Source of the DNA: Chlorokybus atmophyticus
Lineage: Eukaryota; Plantae; Mesostigma and Chlorokybus algae
Length of the DNA stretch: 64,000 bases
Direction: 5' to 3'
Assembly: GCA_009103225.1 (NCBI GenBank)
Contig: RHPI01001202.1
Span: forward strand, 367,206-431,205
The position numbers were made by a program, and so were the translations under genes. The notes under the pieces are model-generated. The model worked only from the letters and a program-made list of their open reading frames with translations. It searched no databases and was not told the origin of the DNA. Below, in pieces: positions 61,294 to 64,000 of this stretch (position 1 is the first letter of the stretch; every line of letters starts with the position of its first letter).

Positions 61294-64000
61294 TTCCCCC
61301 CCACTTAGGTTTTCAACGTCCTCGTTGAACTCGAGTTGATCAGGCTTGATTTCGAGTAATTGTAACCAGTGAGATAGCAGGAAATGACAGGGTGGTAATG
61401 AAACTGCACTGCCAGTCTGTCATAAAACCAAGCCCACAGTTTAGAGGACAGGACATGAATCCCAATAAGCTCGAAGCAACTCGCGGCAGTGCGTAAGATG
61501 CCTGTCGGGCTCCCAACTGTTATGTTCCGGGCCATACCCTTTCCATTTCACCAAATAGCGAGTTGCGCGTCCTCGACTATTTAGCTTATGGTTCAATACA
61601 GCTTCCACCTCGTATTCGAGCTCGCTGTCCGCCTCAACTGGCGGTGGTGGAGGCTGTGTTCTACCATCTGAGCGGTAAGGTTTCAACAAGTTCACATGGA
61701 ACACGTTGTGTATACGCACACTTGAGGGCAATTGCAGACGATAAGCGTGCGTACCAACTCTATCAGTGATAGAGAAAGGTCCTAACCATCGTGGCAGCAA
61801 TTTGCGAGCACCCGTACCTATGATGGTTATGTTCTTAGTGTTAAGCAAAACTTTATCGCCGACATCGAATCGTGGCCATTCTTCGATGTGTATCAGCATA
61901 AGCTTTTTACCTATCCTGTGCTTCTGACAGATACAGCTTGGCTCGAGCCAAACTTTCTTGCATATCAGTGGCAAATGCCTTGCCGCTGGTACAGTCAGGG
62001 CATTGCGAGGTACACGCAATGACGCTGGTGTGTTCGGGCGAATCCCATATTTCAAGAAAATTGGGGTTTCCTTTACACTTTCTTGCCACGCGTTGTTCAC
62101 AGCGAACTCTGCCATTGGCAAGTATCTGTCCCAATCAGCATGGTTAGGAGCCACATAGTGGCGAAGCAGTTCTTCCAGTATTTAATTTGCTCGCTCAGTT
62201 TGTCCGTCCGTTTGCGGGTGGAAAGCAGTCGACATGCTTTGTTTTACCCCCAACAATTCACAGACTTCTCTCCAAAACTTGGAGACAAACCGAGGATCAC
62301 AATCTGTGACAAGTTCACGCGGTACACCGTGAACTCGAAAGACCGTGGACACACAAAAATGTGCAAAGCCCCGTGCACTCACAGTTGTGCAACACGGGGC
62401 AAAATGCACCATTTTGGTCAAATAGTCGACAAAAACCACAATAGCAGTGTATTTATCTGCTGTTCCAGGTAGGTCAGTAATCAAATCCATACTGACACTA
62501 TCCCACTTTTGTTCTTGAATTGTCAATGGTTTAAGCAATCCCGCTTGTTTTTGCCGTAATGGCTTATTACGTTGACACCCGTCACATGTGCGAACATATT
62601 GATTCACATCAGCTGACATTTATGGCCACCCGTATAACTGTTGCGCAGATTTCAGTGTTTTGTGTTTCCCCAAATGCCCAGCATACGGCGGGTCATGCAC
62701 TGAATGTAAGCATTGCTTACGCAAGTCGCCCGAGTTGGGAATTGCCAACTGCTCCCCTTTATACCACAGATTGCTAACAGCAGTAAGCTGTTGCAAGTTG
62801 GTTTGACTGCTAAACCAATCATATGAGTTATAACCTGTGGACACTTCCTTTAAAAAAGGATCTTCAGGCTGTTGTACATTACGCGTACTTCGACAGCGCG
62901 TAAGTGCAAAAAAAGCAGGGCTACAACTTGGTGGATCCGCCACATTGGTGCGACCCGGAAGGTATTGCCAAGTGAAAGTGAAACGAGAAATGAATTCATT
63001 CCACCTAGCTTGCCGCCTCGACAGATTTTGTTGCGTATAAAAGAATGTGAGCGGGTTGTGATCAGTAATCACTAAAAACTCCACCCCTTTCAAGTAGCAA
63101 CGCCATGTGCGCAGCGCGTGCACCACCCCGAGCAATTCCTGCTCAGTGGTTGTGTAATTACGTTCAGCAGGAATGAACTTTCTGCTTTCATATGCACATG
63201 GTCTGTCATCCAATAGAAGGACTGCCCCACACCCAATGGTGGAAGCATCACTGATTACCACAAAAGGCTTGGTGTGGTCGGGGAAGGCTAACACAGGGCT
63301 TTGTGTTAATGCATCTTTAATGCGTGTAAAAGCAACCTCTTGTGCCTCCGTTCACACAAATTTAACATCTTTCTCAGTAAAGATGTTAAAGGATTTGCCA
63401 TGCTAGAATAAGCTCGCATGAACTTGCGGAAATAATTGGCTAGCCCCAAGAAAGCACGGAACTGATGTACATCCTTGAGTGGTGGCCAATCCTTCACCGC
63501 ACACACCTTTTGAGGTTCTGGTTTCAATCCTTCTTTGCCAATCACATGCCCTAAAAAGGGTAGTTCATCCTTTGCAAAGTTGCATTTGGACAGGTTGGCA
63601 TAAAATTTGTGTTCGCGTAACTTAGCTAGAACCAATTCCACATGCCTGTGGTGGTCCTCTCGGGTTTTGATAAACACAATAATGTCGTCTAGATATACTA
63701 GTACAAACTTGTACAATTCATCAGCAAATACCGCATTCATTGCTGTCTGAAATGTAGCCGGTGCATCTGTTAACCCAAATGGTAACACTTTATACTGAAA
63801 GTGTCCTAGTGGGGTGCGAAATGCAGTTGTTTGTATATCCGACGGGTGGTTATTAATTTGATGATAACCACTGGTCAAATCCAGTGTGCTGAACACTGTT
63901 GCACCTGACAGCTTATAAAACAAATCATCAATCCGAGGCAAAGGGTATCTGTTTTTCACAGTCACCTTGTTCAACGCACGGTAATCAATACACATGCGTA
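61294..64000 (-). mobile_element. Ty3/gypsy chromovirus pol (RT, RNase H, integrase, chromodomain), disrupted; continues beyond the window
   Basis: CIDYRALN...YPLPRIDDL, DLTSGYHQ, PFGL, YLDD, SDAS, ERNY...ELL, HDPPYAGH...CDGC, SMDLITDLP, FHPQTDGQTERAN, GPF motif and chromodomain YEVEAVL...YLVKWKGYGPEHNSWEP. PPT AAGTGGGGGGGAA at about 61306-61294. In-frame stops and a frameshift are present. Confidence 0.96.

Noticed and set aside
1-64000. CRISPR array, rRNA genes or telomeric arrays
   Set aside because: No regularly spaced repeat-spacer units, no rRNA signatures, and only isolated TTAGGGTTT motifs.

Overview
Intron-rich eukaryotic nuclear DNA from a plant-lineage organism. Plant-like SEC63, BRR2, DET2 and F-box/LRR genes together with the central-pair flagellar gene PF20 suggest a flagellated green alga, probably an early-diverging streptophyte (inference). 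Host genes, in order: 3' part of an Ig-like/LNR-like extracellular protein, an ENPP/NPP phosphodiesterase (-), SEC63 (+), an F-box/LRR protein (+), DET2-like steroid 5-alpha-reductase (-), a RING-CH protein (+), PF20/SPAG16 (-), an unknown coiled-coil protein (+), a MORN-repeat protein (+) and BRR2 (-). Two transposon nests are present. The first (about 8.6-24 kb) holds a decayed Plavaka-type transposase. Tail-to-tail with it is a decayed CRE-like non-LTR reverse transcriptase whose reading frame runs from its zinc-finger directly into a compact phage/bacterial-type C5 cytosine DNA methyltransferase; this is the most striking feature of the window. The second (60.1-64 kb) is a chromodomain Ty3/gypsy element apparently inserted in a pogo/Tigger-like transposon just upstream of BRR2. 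There are also unexplained single-nucleotide-loop palindromes (23.2 and 32.4 kb), a hairpin-rich multi-branch segment (32.1-32.5 kb), three N gaps, and a visible TpG/CpA excess consistent with cytosine methylation. No rRNA, tRNA or CRISPR array was found. Exon boundaries were read by eye and are approximate where noted.
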